Part shown: piece after piece, positions 48,806 through 58,547 of the stretch
Position numbering within the stretch: position 1 is the stretch's first letter
How the letters are laid out: each line of letters starts with the position of its first letter
Assembly (NCBI GenBank): GCA_002364735.1
Contig: DEZB01000011.1
Location: forward strand, 65,371-129,370
Direction of reading: 5' to 3'
Length of the DNA: 64,000 nucleotides
From: Bacteroidales bacterium UBA3143
GTDB taxonomy: Bacteria > Bacteroidota > Bacteroidia > Bacteroidales > Dysgonomonadaceae
Notes under the pieces: model-generated
Told to the model about the DNA's origin: nothing
What the model saw: only the letters and a program-made list of their open reading frames with translations
Database searches by the model: none
Program-made: the position numbers and the translations under genes

Positions 48806-49822
48806 TTATCTCTCTATGCTAAGCAATTCAACATCAAATATCAATGTAGAGAATGGTTTGATTGTTCCTCTATCTTCTGCACCATAAGCCAAGCTATATG
48901 GAATATATACTTTCCATTTTGAACCAACTGGCATTAGCTGTAAAGCTTCAGTCCATCCTGGTATCACTTGAGTTACTCCAAAAACAGCTGGTTCATTTCT
49001 CTCAACACTGCTATCGAAAACTGTGCCATCTAATAATGTTCCGTGATAATGAACTTTCACTTGATCGTTTTGAGTAGGTATTGCACCAGAACCCTTTTTG
49101 ATGATCTCATACTGTAGTCCACTTGGAAGAACTTCAACTTCTTCTCTTTTAGCATTTTCTGCTAAGAAGTTTTCTCCTTCTTCTATAGCACCTGCATACT
49201 CTCCTTTTAGGTTCTCTTCATTCATTTGCTGAGACTGAGCTTGAGCAGCTTCCATTTTGTTTTGTACAAACGTGCCTGCATCAGTTTTTGACATTGCCAA
49301 CTCACCATTTTTTAGTGTCCCAACTAAACCTGCAATTAACTGATCGGTATTAATCTTTTGAGTAGTGTCTGCTGCAAAAATAATGGAATTAAACTGAGGA
49401 AGCATTTGCTGCGAAATTTGATTTCCAATGCTTAAACCTTGAATGTAAGATGCTTTTTTATCACCTGCATTTACTGCTTCTTTCAAACCTTTCAAAAACT
49501 CATCTAATTTTGGAGCATTGGCTTTGTTTAGAGAATCAACTTTCGATTTCAACTCTTTTTGAAGCGCTACTCTTTCTGTTGAGTCTGCAGAAGCTATTCT
49601 CATTTGATACTCATACTCCAAGTTAGATGCATTTTCCACTACACCTAATTGCTCTAAATATTGCATTAGACCCTGGTCTGCTAAGTTTACACCATAAGCA
49701 TAAGAGATTGAGTCAACCTCTGTTTTTAAAGATGCTTTAGGAGTGGAGTTGTTTCCGCATGAAACAAGCAATAAACTTCCAATAGCAAATGCACAAAGTG
49801 CACTTAGTTTAATTTTTTTCAT
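48806..49822 (-). CDS. FKBP-type peptidyl-prolyl cis-trans isomerase, lipoprotein with a long N-terminal helical domain (FkpA-like)
   Basis: 338 aa. Lipobox LLVSC-GN. C-terminal FKBP domain VHYHGTLLDGTVFDSS...VIPGWTEALQLMPVGSKWKVYIP..LAYG. Confidence 0.88.
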   Translation of the reverse strand: MKKIKLSALCAFAIGSLLLVSCGNNSTPKASLKTEVDSISYAYGVNLADQGLMQYLEQLGVVENASNLEYEYQMRIASADSTERVALQKELKSKVDSLNKANAPKLDEFLKGLKEAVNAGDKKASYIQGLSIGNQISQQMLPQFNSIIFAADTTQKINTDQLIAGLVGTLKNGELAMSKTDAGTFVQNKMEAAQAQSQQMNEENLKGEYAGAIEEGENFLAENAKREEVEVLPSGLQYEIIKKGSGAIPTQNDQVKVHYHGTLLDGTVFDSSVERNEPAVFGVTQVIPGWTEALQLMPVGSKWKVYIPYSLAYGAEDRGTIKPFSTLIFDVELLSIER

Positions 49823-49886
49823 TTTCGTTTTAATGTTTAATTTTTTGATGTTCGTAATTGTGTGATTTATATATTTGAATCTTTAT

Positions 49887-50471
49887 TTATTCAATTCCTA
49901 AAAGTTCCACTTCAAAGATGAGTGTTGAGTTGGGCTGAATATCGTTTCCTGCTCCTTGTTCGCCATAAGCTAAATTGGAAGGAACAAAAAGTCTCCATTT
50001 TGAACCAACAGACATTAATTGCAATGCTTCTACCCAACCTTTAATAACTTGGTTTACACCAAATGTGGCAGGTTGTCCTCTTTGCACTGAGCTATCGAAA
50101 ACTGTTCCATCAATCAATGTACCGTGATAATGACATTTCACAGTGTCTGTTGCGCTTGGTGTTGCTCCATTGCCCTCTGTTAATACTTCGTATTGCAATC
50201 CGCTTGGCAATTCAACAACGTTTTCTTTTTTCTTGTTTTCTACTAAAAATTGCACGCCTGCTTCTTTGTTCATCTGTAACATTTCTTTTTGTTTCGCACT
50301 AAAATATGCTTGAATGTGTTGGGTGGCCTCTTCCAATGACATGGTAGTTTCCTCGTCTTTCATAATTTCAGTAAATGCTTTTACGAAAGCGTCTACATCA
50401 AGGTTTTGTAATCCAGTTTGAATAAGTTGAGTCGCCATGCTCATTCCTAATGAGTAACTTAAATTCTTCAT
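49887..50471 (-). CDS. FKBP-type peptidyl-prolyl cis-trans isomerase (FklB-like, cytoplasmic)
   Basis: 194 aa. CHYHGTLIDGTVFDSS...VIKGWVEALQLMSVGSKWRLFVPSNLAYG. Confidence 0.88.
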   Translation of the reverse strand: MKNLSYSLGMSMATQLIQTGLQNLDVDAFVKAFTEIMKDEETTMSLEEATQHIQAYFSAKQKEMLQMNKEAGVQFLVENKKKENVVELPSGLQYEVLTEGNGATPSATDTVKCHYHGTLIDGTVFDSSVQRGQPATFGVNQVIKGWVEALQLMSVGSKWRLFVPSNLAYGEQGAGNDIQPNSTLIFEVELLGIE

Positions 50472-50572
50472 TTTTCTATTTTATACTACAGCGATGCCAA
50501 CTGTAATTAATTATCAGTTTATTTCTTAATAAATTGATTGGCATCATAATTTATTATTCGTAAATTAAAAGG

Positions 50573-50580
50573 CAAAAGTA
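50573..50580 (-). promoter_or_regulatory. candidate -7 promoter box (minus-strand TActTTTG) for the FKBP gene pair
   Basis: Plus-strand caaaagta is the reverse complement of TAnnTTTG. About 100 nt upstream of the ATG at 50471. Confidence 0.4.
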
Positions 50581-50757
50581 ACACATTAATGTGAAACAGT
50601 ATAACTTATGAGAAAAAAAGTAGTTATTAGACCTCAGAAATTTCAAAATGTAGATTTGAAAATTGATCAAATGTCGATAACAGTTTTGTGTTTCTATGAT
50701 CATAAGTTATACAATGTATATGTGAAGTTGAAATAGAGCAGCGTTACAGTTTTAACT

Positions 50758-51708
50758 CTAAAGTATTTTATTGCAAATTTCTCTTACTGTATCATTGTAC
50801 TCGTTCATCATTCCCTCCACTACATCTTTTGCAGATATAATTGATTGGATGGACGATGCAATTTGACCAATTTCTAATTCTCCTTCAGTTAAATCACCTT
50901 CAAAAATTCCTTTTCTTGCACGCCCTTTACCCAATAGCTCTCTTATCTCTTCAGCTGAGGCACCGCTTTGCTCTAATGCTTCTATTTGATAATAAAAGTC
51001 GTTCTTTATTAGCCTTGTTGGGCTTACTTGTTTTAATGACAAAATTGTGTCACCTTCGGGTAGGTTTACACATCTATTTTTGAAAGCCTCGCTGGCAGAG
51101 CTTTCGTGGGTCAATGCAAAACGCGTCCCCACTTGCACCGCATCAGCACCCAAAGCCATAGCAGCCAGCATACTTTTGCCCGATGCAATGCCTCCTGCTG
51201 CAATTAGGGGCAAGTCAATTGCGCTACGCACTTGAGGAATGAGCGTGAGTGTAGTAGTTTCTTCACGTCCATTATGTCCACCAGCCTCAAAGCCTTCAGC
51301 TACAATAGCATCAACTCCTGCCTCTTGAGATTTTAATGCAAACTTAGAACTGGAAACAACATGAGCTACTTTAATCCCATTGTTTTGAAGTGTAGCAGTC
51401 CATGTTTTTGGATTTCCAGCCGAAGTGAAAACAATAGGGACTTGTTCCTCCATTATAATTTCCATTAGCTCAGCAATTTGCGGATAAAGCAATGGAACAT
51501 TCACACCAAAAGGGTTTGATGTTGCCGCTTTACATTTCACAATGTGCTCTCGCAACATTTCAGGATACATTGACCCCGCACCTATAAGCCCTAATCCACC
51601 CGCATTGCCAACTGCTGATGCTAAACGCCATCCACTACACCAGACCATTCCTGCTTGAATAATTGGATATTTTATGTCGAATAGTTTTGAAACTCTATTT
51701 TCAGTCAT
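50758..51708 (-). CDS. nitronate monooxygenase-family FMN oxidoreductase (probable enoyl-ACP reductase FabK)
   Basis: 316 aa TIM-barrel flavoprotein. Motifs PIIQAGMVW, GGLGLIGAG, EGFEAGGH and AAGGIASG. Confidence 0.72.
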   Translation of the reverse strand: MTENRVSKLFDIKYPIIQAGMVWCSGWRLASAVGNAGGLGLIGAGSMYPEMLREHIVKCKAATSNPFGVNVPLLYPQIAELMEIIMEEQVPIVFTSAGNPKTWTATLQNNGIKVAHVVSSSKFALKSQEAGVDAIVAEGFEAGGHNGREETTTLTLIPQVRSAIDLPLIAAGGIASGKSMLAAMALGADAVQVGTRFALTHESSASEAFKNRCVNLPEGDTILSLKQVSPTRLIKNDFYYQIEALEQSGASAEEIRELLGKGRARKGIFEGDLTEGELEIGQIASSIQSIISAKDVVEGMMNEYNDTVREICNKIL

Positions 51709-51787
51709 TTTATATTATATTTTTCAGCAAAGATACTTTTTTTATATGAAGGAGATAAGTGATATAGACACATTCCACATTTTTTAG

Positions 51788-51795
51788 TAGCTTTG
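51788..51795 (+). promoter_or_regulatory. candidate -7 promoter box (TAgcTTTG) for purD
   Basis: Exact TAnnTTTG match, 49 nt upstream of the ATG at 51844. Confidence 0.45.
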
Positions 51796-51843
51796 TAAAC
51801 TCTATATAATTGTAAGAACCGTACTATTAATTTTACAACTAAC

Positions 51844-53112
51844 ATGAATATTCTTCTTCTTGGCTCTGGTGGTCGCGAACATGCGCTTGCATGGAAAATG
51901 AGACAAAGCAATAAAACGAACAAATTATACATAGCTCCTGGAAATGCAGGGACTGGGTTGGTGGGCGAAAATGTTTCGATAAGAGTCACAGACTTTTCTG
52001 CCATTAAACGTTTTGTGATAGAAAATAAGATTGACATGGTGGTAGTGGGCCCCGAAGATCCACTGGTGAATGGCATATATGATTTCTTTGCAAATGATGC
52101 AGTAATAAGCAATATCCCGGTGATTGGTCCTTCAAAGGAAGGAGCAAAGCTGGAAGGCAGCAAAAAGTTTGCAAAGGGGTTTATGATGCGCTACAACATA
52201 CCGACTGCAAAATACATGAGTGTTACAAAAGATAATCTTGAGGAAGGTTTTCAGTTTTTAGAATCACTCTCACCTCCCTATGTGCTTAAAGCAGATGGTC
52301 TTGCAGCAGGAAAAGGCGTTATTATACTCAATGAGCGCCTTGAAGCTATTGATGTTTTAAATAGAATGCTTTCGGGTATGTTTGGTAGCGCAAGTAAAAC
52401 AGTTGTTATTGAAGAGTTTTTGTCAGGCATAGAATGTTCTGTTTTTGTGCTCACGGATGGGAAGTCATATAAGGTGTTGCCTGTAGCTAAAGACTACAAA
52501 CGAATTGGTGAAGGAGATACAGGATTAAATACTGGCGGTATGGGTGCAGTTTCTCCAGTTCCTTTTGCCAACGATGTGTTTATGAAAAAAGTTACGGAGC
52601 AAATAATTGAACCAACTGTCAATGGACTTATAGAGGAGAAGATAGAATATAAAGGTTTTATATTCATTGGATTAATAAGCGTGAAGGGTGAGCCTTTTGT
52701 GATTGAATACAATGTGCGAATGGGCGATCCTGAAAGTGAAGTAGTTGTTCCACGCATCAAATCTGACTTTGTAGATTTACTTGAAGGAGTTGCTAACGGC
52801 AACTTAAACGAAAAAGAGCTTGAAATAGATGAACGCTATGCCGCAACCGTTATGCTTGTTTCGGGTGGATATCCAGAGCTTTACGAGAAAAATAAAAAGA
52901 TTGAGGGGTTAGACAAAATTAAAGACACCCTTGTATTTCATGCAGGCACTATCAAAAAAGAAGGCAGTGTTTACACAACAGGTGGTCGCGTACTTTCACT
53001 TACATCCTTTGGCGACTCCAAACATGAAGCCCTACAGAAATCATTTGATGTGGCCGAAAAAATATCTTTTGATAAAAAATATTATCGCAAAGATATTGGG
53101 TTTGATTTATAA
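51844..53112 (+). CDS. purD: phosphoribosylamine--glycine ligase
   Basis: 422 aa. Motifs [38 protein letters not shown] and YNVRMGDPE. Confidence 0.93.
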   Translation: MNILLLGSGGREHALAWKMRQSNKTNKLYIAPGNAGTGLVGENVSIRVTDFSAIKRFVIENKIDMVVVGPEDPLVNGIYDFFANDAVISNIPVIGPSKEGAKLEGSKKFAKGFMMRYNIPTAKYMSVTKDNLEEGFQFLESLSPPYVLKADGLAAGKGVIILNERLEAIDVLNRMLSGMFGSASKTVVIEEFLSGIECSVFVLTDGKSYKVLPVAKDYKRIGEGDTGLNTGGMGAVSPVPFANDVFMKKVTEQIIEPTVNGLIEEKIEYKGFIFIGLISVKGEPFVIEYNVRMGDPESEVVVPRIKSDFVDLLEGVANGNLNEKELEIDERYAATVMLVSGGYPELYEKNKKIEGLDKIKDTLVFHAGTIKKEGSVYTTGGRVLSLTSFGDSKHEALQKSFDVAEKISFDKKYYRKDIGFDL

Positions 53113-53140
53113 ATAGAAGAGCTTAAATAAAGGAGTATAA

Positions 53141-54157
53141 ATGGCTCAAACTTATCGAAAGTTTCGAATATACTTGGTGGAGTCGCGCTTCACTCCCTTT
53201 GGGTTCGCACTCATTGCCATCCTATTGCGATTGGTTATGTTTCTTCTGATAGGCATTGAACAGCAGCCACATCCATCAAGCTTTGTTTGGCATCTCATTG
53301 CTCCTTTGGTATCTAATCATTGGGTCTCACTCATTGCCAGCACAGCATCCATTTTCTTAATTGCATTCACTGTTTCGCAACTTAATTTACGCTTCAGCCT
53401 AATCAGATTTAGAACAGGGTTGCCATTTTCGATATTGGTATTGTTTTTAAGCATTCATCCAGCGTTTCTCCCCATGTCTCCAAACTTTATAAGTGCTTTT
53501 CTTGTCTTATTGAGTTTATTCCCCCTACTCCAATCATATCAACATCATTCACCTCGCAACTTTGCATTTAAATCTGGAATATTAATTGCAATGGCTGTAA
53601 TTTTTCAAATTTACACGATAGCTTTTCTTCCTTTTTGGCTATATGGCACGATTTCGATGCATGGCTACAGAACAAAGTCGTTTATTGCTTTAATCATTGG
53701 TGCAATACTTGTTTTATGGAATGTAGCAGGTTTTTATTTCATATTTGACAACTTAGCATCTTTCATAGAACCATTTACTTATTTAAAAAATATTATCCAA
53801 ACTACCCCAACTTTTTCTCTAACGCAATGGATAAGTATTGCCTTATTGATATTGATTTCAGGAGTTTATATGGTATTAGATTATCAATTTTTTAGACGTG
53901 AGCGGGTGTTGACTCAAAAGACATTTGCATTCATAAATTTGATAATTGTATGTAGTTTTATGTTACATTTTATTTATCTAAATCAAACAAATTCTTTTAT
54001 GTTCCTTATCGTGATTCTGATGTCTTTTATTGTTGCACATTATTACTCTCACATTCAAAGCAACTGTCAAGTTTACTCATTCTTTTTTCTTTTGATTGGA
54101 TTATCGATATTTTTTCTCAACTTTTTAATTGGTAATCCTCTCCAACTAATTTCATAA
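53141..54157 (+). CDS. polytopic inner-membrane protein of unknown function
   Basis: 338 aa with about 9-10 hydrophobic helices and no recognisable catalytic motif. Confidence 0.5.
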   Translation: MAQTYRKFRIYLVESRFTPFGFALIAILLRLVMFLLIGIEQQPHPSSFVWHLIAPLVSNHWVSLIASTASIFLIAFTVSQLNLRFSLIRFRTGLPFSILVLFLSIHPAFLPMSPNFISAFLVLLSLFPLLQSYQHHSPRNFAFKSGILIAMAVIFQIYTIAFLPFWLYGTISMHGYRTKSFIALIIGAILVLWNVAGFYFIFDNLASFIEPFTYLKNIIQTTPTFSLTQWISIALLILISGVYMVLDYQFFRRERVLTQKTFAFINLIIVCSFMLHFIYLNQTNSFMFLIVILMSFIVAHYYSHIQSNCQVYSFFFLLIGLSIFFLNFLIGNPLQLIS

Positions 54158-54294
54158 CTCTAACTTCACAGAAAATATAAGTCTCTGCTCTAACCCTTTT
54201 ATACAACTTTTGACAAAGTTATTTATAACAATTGCTCAGTTTCAATTGTTTATATAATAAATCAAACACTACAAAACTAAAAGGAGGAGTCTAT

Positions 54295-54804
54295 ATGAAA
54301 TACAACATTAAATTAGCTGCATCTTTATTTTTTGCAATCGGCTTACTATTTGTTAGTTGTGGAACTTCACAATCTGCTATTGAAAAAGCAAACAAAGCAC
54401 AACTACTGAACGAGCAAATACAGAATATGAACTTTAAATTCAACGCTACTTATGCCTATCCACAAAATTATAGATCTATTTATCTTTCACCTTACTATGA
54501 TGTGAAAGTTACAACAGATACTGTTCAAGCATATTTGCCTTATTACGGCAGGGTCTATTCTGCCCCCATGAATGCTAATGAAGGAGGCATAAAGTTTGTA
54601 AGCACAGACTTTGAATACGAATTAGAACAGGGCAAGAAGGCTGGTAATTGGACCTTAAATATACGCACCAAAGACACGCCACGCCCTTTCACCCTTAATT
54701 TCGATTTGTGGGACAATGGCACTGCACGTTTGATTGTGCAAGATAGAGACCGGCAAAACATATCATTTCAAGGAAATATAGAAGCAGTTCAAAAGCCAGA
54801 ATAA
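54295..54804 (+). CDS. DUF4251-like lipoprotein
   Basis: Start set at ATG 54295 (MKYNIKLAASLFFAIGLLFVSC-GT lipobox). The upstream in-frame extension has no signal logic. The YLPYYGRVYSAP motif recalls DUF4251. Confidence 0.55.
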   Translation: MKYNIKLAASLFFAIGLLFVSCGTSQSAIEKANKAQLLNEQIQNMNFKFNATYAYPQNYRSIYLSPYYDVKVTTDTVQAYLPYYGRVYSAPMNANEGGIKFVSTDFEYELEQGKKAGNWTLNIRTKDTPRPFTLNFDLWDNGTARLIVQDRDRQNISFQGNIEAVQKPE

Positions 54805-54977
54805 CGGGCTTTTTTCATGTAGTGAGGTTGACTTTTCAGAACAGACTTTTTTAGTTTATTTATTTAAGCCACTGAAATCTGATTTATTAATAAAAGTCTA
54901 CTGTTTATTCTGATTTAACCAATATATAACACTTTCTAATAAACTAAGCTGACTATTAATTCGTATTTTTGTAATAA

Positions 54978-55131
54978 TGAGTTCACACTGAAAACTCTCT
55001 ATTGCTGATTATTAGACTTTTTCTGTCCTTTCTCCTGAAAGAATATGACTAATAATCAGCTCTCTGCTAAAGTATCCTGTAGGAGATGTATAGGCAGGAA
55101 TAAGTGAGATTGACTTTTCAGAATGGGCTCA
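54978..55131. repeat. MITE-like structured repeat, copy A (upstream of surE)
   Basis: Imperfect terminal inverted repeats: tgagttcacactgaaaac (54978..54995) and the reverse complement of cttttcagaatgggctca (55114..55131). Internal hairpin gctgattattagac (55004..55017) pairs with gactaataatcagc (55047..55060) at 13 of 14 positions. A related end fragment gtgaggttgacttttcagaa lies at 54822..54841. Confidence 0.6.
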
Positions 55132-55151
55132 ATAATTAAATTATTTAAAAT

Positions 55152-55937
55152 ATGACCAAAAAGAAGAAACCCATTATTCTGATAACCAATGATGATGGTT
55201 TTAGAGCAAGAGGAATACGCACATTAACCGAATACCTAAAAGATGTAGCAGATATAATTGTATTTGCTCCAGACAGTCCCCAATCTGGCATGTCAAGCGC
55301 AATTACTTCTATCAATCCTTTACGTTACTTCTTATACAAAGAAGAAGATAATGTAAAAACATATATTTGTAACGGCACTCCTGTCGATTGCATAAAGCTG
55401 GCAATGAATGTATTGGACGTGAAGCCTGATATGATTTTCTCAGGCATCAATCATGGTTCTAATGCTGCTATTAGTGTAGTCTACTCTGGAACAATTGGTG
55501 CGGCAATTGAAGGTTGCATCTTTGGAATACCTTCTGTTGGAGTTTCGCTTTGCGATTTTGGTGTAGATGCTGATTTCTCTCAAAGTGGCATTATTGCAAC
55601 AAGAATTGCTCAAAAAATAATGGATGAAGGATTGCCTAAGGGCGTTTGTTTGAATGTGAATGTTCCTAAAGGAGAGGTGAAAGGTCTTCAAGTTGCATCG
55701 CAGACACAAGGAAAATGGACCAACGAGTATTATCCATCTAAAGATGGCGCACAAAGGGATGTTTATTGGTTAAGAGGCAGGTTTGACAACTGGGAAGTTG
55801 ATAATAAAAACACCGATGAATGGGCGCTTACTAATGGTTTTGCAGCCGTAGTTCCTGTTAAAATTGATATGACCGACTATGACATGATAAACAAATTGAA
55901 ACATTGGGAGGAAGAGTTGAGCAAAATGTATAAATAA
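55152..55937 (+). CDS. surE: 5'/3'-nucleotidase SurE
   Basis: 261 aa. Motifs ILITNDDGFRARGI and SGINHGSNA. Confidence 0.92.
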   Translation: MTKKKKPIILITNDDGFRARGIRTLTEYLKDVADIIVFAPDSPQSGMSSAITSINPLRYFLYKEEDNVKTYICNGTPVDCIKLAMNVLDVKPDMIFSGINHGSNAAISVVYSGTIGAAIEGCIFGIPSVGVSLCDFGVDADFSQSGIIATRIAQKIMDEGLPKGVCLNVNVPKGEVKGLQVASQTQGKWTNEYYPSKDGAQRDVYWLRGRFDNWEVDNKNTDEWALTNGFAAVVPVKIDMTDYDMINKLKHWEEELSKMYK

Positions 55938-55941
55938 TTAA

Positions 55942-56084
55942 GTGAGCCCACTCTGAAAACATGCAATTAGTGATAACTAATTTTTTTACTCTCTTTCTCT
56001 ATAAGCCTAATTATCAGCACTAAATAAAGTCCTCTTTAGGGATTTAAGGGGTGAAAATAAGATGTATAATTTTTCGCAGTGGAC
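55942..56084. repeat. MITE-like structured repeat, copy B (downstream of surE)
   Basis: Starts gtgagcccactctgaaaac and aligns with copy A through tttttNctNtctttctc, ctaatWatcagc, ctaaa and gtcct..tagg. The right end ttttcgcagtggactca resembles the copy A right end. Confidence 0.55.
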
Positions 56085-56126
56085 TCATCAATGCAATCCG
56101 AATCATCAAATATAAGCCAGCAACAC

Positions 56127-57257
56127 ATGAAATACTATCTTATAGCGGGAGAAGCATCAGGAGATTTACATGCATCTAACTTGATGCAGTCCATCAAAGA
56201 AAAAGACGAAAACGCTACCTTTCGCTTTTTTGGTGGCGACTTGATGCAAAAGGTTGGTGGCACACTTGTAAAACACTACCGTGAATTGGCTTTTATGGGT
56301 TTCATTCCTGTTTTGCTGAACCTTAAAACAATACTCCGAAACTTGGAAATATGCAAAAAAGACATTGTAAAGTTTCAACCAGATGTAGTTATCTTAGTTG
56401 ACTATCCAGGGTTCAATCTAAAGATTGCGAAGTTTCTTAAACTCAACACGACCATCCCTGTTACTTATTATATATCTCCAAAAATTTGGGCATGGAAGGA
56501 ATATCGTATTAAATCTTTCAAGAAATATGTCGATCAGATGTTGTGCATTTTGCCATTTGAAGTAGATTTTTATAAAAAGCACAATTATCCAGTCAATTAT
56601 GTTGGCAATCCCACAGTTGACGCCATAATGAATCGTGAAGATAGAGAGCAAACTTTTGAGAAGTTTCTAAAATTGAATGATTTGCCCAATAAACCCATCA
56701 TTGCTATTTTGGCAGGCAGCAGAAAGCAAGAGATTGAAGATAACTTACCAGTAATGCTTAAAGCAGTAGAGGCTTTTACAACTCATCAACTTATAATAGC
56801 AGGTGCACCTGGTATTGATAGGGACTTCTACACCAAAAGTATAAGTAATAGAAAAGTCAATCTCATTTTTGGACAGACATACAATATTCTTGCTCAAGCA
56901 GAAGTTGCCTTGGTTACTTCGGGCACAGCAACGCTTGAAGCAGCACTATTAAATGTTCCACAAGTCGTTTGTTACAAAACACCAGTTCCAAAGTTAGCTT
57001 ATTGGGGATTTAAACATTTACTGCACACACCATATATCTCATTGGTAAATCTTATTGCAGATAAGGAGGTAGTCAAAGAACTATTTGCAAAATTTTTCTC
57101 AGTTGATACTATTCAGAAAGAAACAGAAGCGATTCTATTTGACTCGGAGTACCGTCAAAATATGCTCAATGAGTATGAGCGAATTCAAAATATTTTAGGA
57201 ACAGAGAATGCTTCAGATAAAGCAGCTAAACTAATATACGACAAGACAAAGAATTAG
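56127..57257 (+). CDS. lpxB: lipid-A-disaccharide synthase
   Basis: MKYYLIAGEASGDLHASNLM is the canonical LpxB N-terminus, so I use the ATG at 56127. The track start at 56079 lies inside repeat copy B. Confidence 0.9.
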   Translation: MKYYLIAGEASGDLHASNLMQSIKEKDENATFRFFGGDLMQKVGGTLVKHYRELAFMGFIPVLLNLKTILRNLEICKKDIVKFQPDVVILVDYPGFNLKIAKFLKLNTTIPVTYYISPKIWAWKEYRIKSFKKYVDQMLCILPFEVDFYKKHNYPVNYVGNPTVDAIMNREDREQTFEKFLKLNDLPNKPIIAILAGSRKQEIEDNLPVMLKAVEAFTTHQLIIAGAPGIDRDFYTKSISNRKVNLIFGQTYNILAQAEVALVTSGTATLEAALLNVPQVVCYKTPVPKLAYWGFKHLLHTPYISLVNLIADKEVVKELFAKFFSVDTIQKETEAILFDSEYRQNMLNEYERIQNILGTENASDKAAKLIYDKTKN

Positions 57258-57332
57258 AATTCCCACAGCATTATTATAAAAAGAGATACAAATATCAACT
57301 ATTACAGTTTATTTTTGTTCCATAAATAGAAC

Positions 57333-57340
57333 TAAATTTG
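57333..57340 (+). promoter_or_regulatory. candidate -7 promoter box (TAaaTTTG) for the second pfk, with another TAttTTTG at 57310..57317
   Basis: Exact TAnnTTTG match, 36 nt upstream of the ATG at 57376. Confidence 0.45.
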
Positions 57341-57375
57341 TTTTTACAAAATCAACATTTAAATAACAAACACAC

Positions 57376-58398
57376 ATGAAAATTGGTATTCTTACATCGG
57401 GGGGCGATTGCCCTGGAATCAATGCAACAATCAGAGGAGTTGGCAAAACAGCCATCAATCATTTTGGGATGGACGTAATTGGTATTCACAATGGTTTTTC
57501 TGGTTTATTGCACAAAGATGTTTCTACTTTAACGGAAAGATCTCTATCGGGAATTTTAAATTTAGGGGGAACTATCTTGGGAACTGCAAGAGAAAAAGTA
57601 TTTCGTAAACTAATTACCTCTCCCGACGAGGAAGACCGTAAAACCATCAAAAAAGCTTACCATGAATTAGGGTTAGACTGTTTGGTTTGTATTGGGGGCA
57701 ACGGCACACAACGTACTACATGGATGTTATCTGAAATGGGTTTGAACGTAATTGGCATTCCAAAAACAATCGATAATGATGTTTGGGGAACAGACGTTAC
57801 ATTTGGATTTGACACAGCAGTTACGATAGCAACTGAAGCCATAGACCGTTTACACTCCACTGCAAGCTCTCATCGAAGAGTTATGGTGATAGAGCTGATG
57901 GGGCATCATGCAGGCTGGATAACCCTTCATAGTGGCATGGCTGGCGGTGCAGATATAATCCTTCTTCCTGAATTGGGATACAATATGAAAGTGATTATTG
58001 ATAAAATAAAGGAACGATTGGAGATGGGAAAACCTTATTCGATTGTTGCCGTAGCGGAAGGAATTGAAATACATGGAAGTAAATTAAAGCCTGCAAGTTA
58101 TTTTGCAGAGCATATAGAAAAAGAAACAGGAATTGAAACACGTGAAACTGTTTTGGGATATGTTCAACGTGGTGGCTCACCCACTGCTTTCGACAGAAAT
58201 CTTGGCACACAATTAGGCGGTCACGCTACAAGCCTCATAAATGAAGGGAAATTTGGACGAATGGTGTCTGTTAAAGGACGCGGCATAACCGATGTGCCAT
58301 TGAAAGAAGTTGCTGGAAAGCTACGAATAGTCACTGCTGATGATGATTTAATTTTGCAAGGCAAACGCATTGGTATATCATTTGGGGTAGCAGATTGA
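57376..58398 (+). CDS. 6-phosphofructokinase paralog (phosphoryl donor uncertain)
   Basis: 340 aa. Motifs TSGGDCPGINATIRGV, CIGGNGTQ, IPKTIDNDV and LGYVQRGG. Confidence 0.88.
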   Translation: MKIGILTSGGDCPGINATIRGVGKTAINHFGMDVIGIHNGFSGLLHKDVSTLTERSLSGILNLGGTILGTAREKVFRKLITSPDEEDRKTIKKAYHELGLDCLVCIGGNGTQRTTWMLSEMGLNVIGIPKTIDNDVWGTDVTFGFDTAVTIATEAIDRLHSTASSHRRVMVIELMGHHAGWITLHSGMAGGADIILLPELGYNMKVIIDKIKERLEMGKPYSIVAVAEGIEIHGSKLKPASYFAEHIEKETGIETRETVLGYVQRGGSPTAFDRNLGTQLGGHATSLINEGKFGRMVSVKGRGITDVPLKEVAGKLRIVTADDDLILQGKRIGISFGVAD

Positions 58399-58461
58399 GA
58401 AGCTTAGTCTTACAGGTTCATTAAAAATGAGATAAGCTATTATCATTGTCCATAAAAATAA

Positions 58462-58492
58462 AACCTCCTTCTCTTATAAAGAAAAGGAGGTT
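58462..58492. terminator. rho-independent terminator between convergent pfk and rnc
   Basis: aacctcctt (58462..58470) pairs perfectly with aaggaggtt (58484..58492). 9 bp stem with a 13 nt loop. Confidence 0.6.
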
Positions 58493-58547
58493 GCTATTTT
58501 ATGTGGTTTTTTGTATTGTGATAGATATAAGTGTGAGTTTCTATATA

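Noticed and set aside
51705-52163. 152 aa minus-strand ORF overlapping the 5' part of purD
   Set aside because: It is antisense to a strongly supported purD gene. The sequence is low-complexity and Ser/Pro/Phe-rich with no motifs. It starts exactly at the FabK-like gene boundary, so it looks like a shadow ORF.
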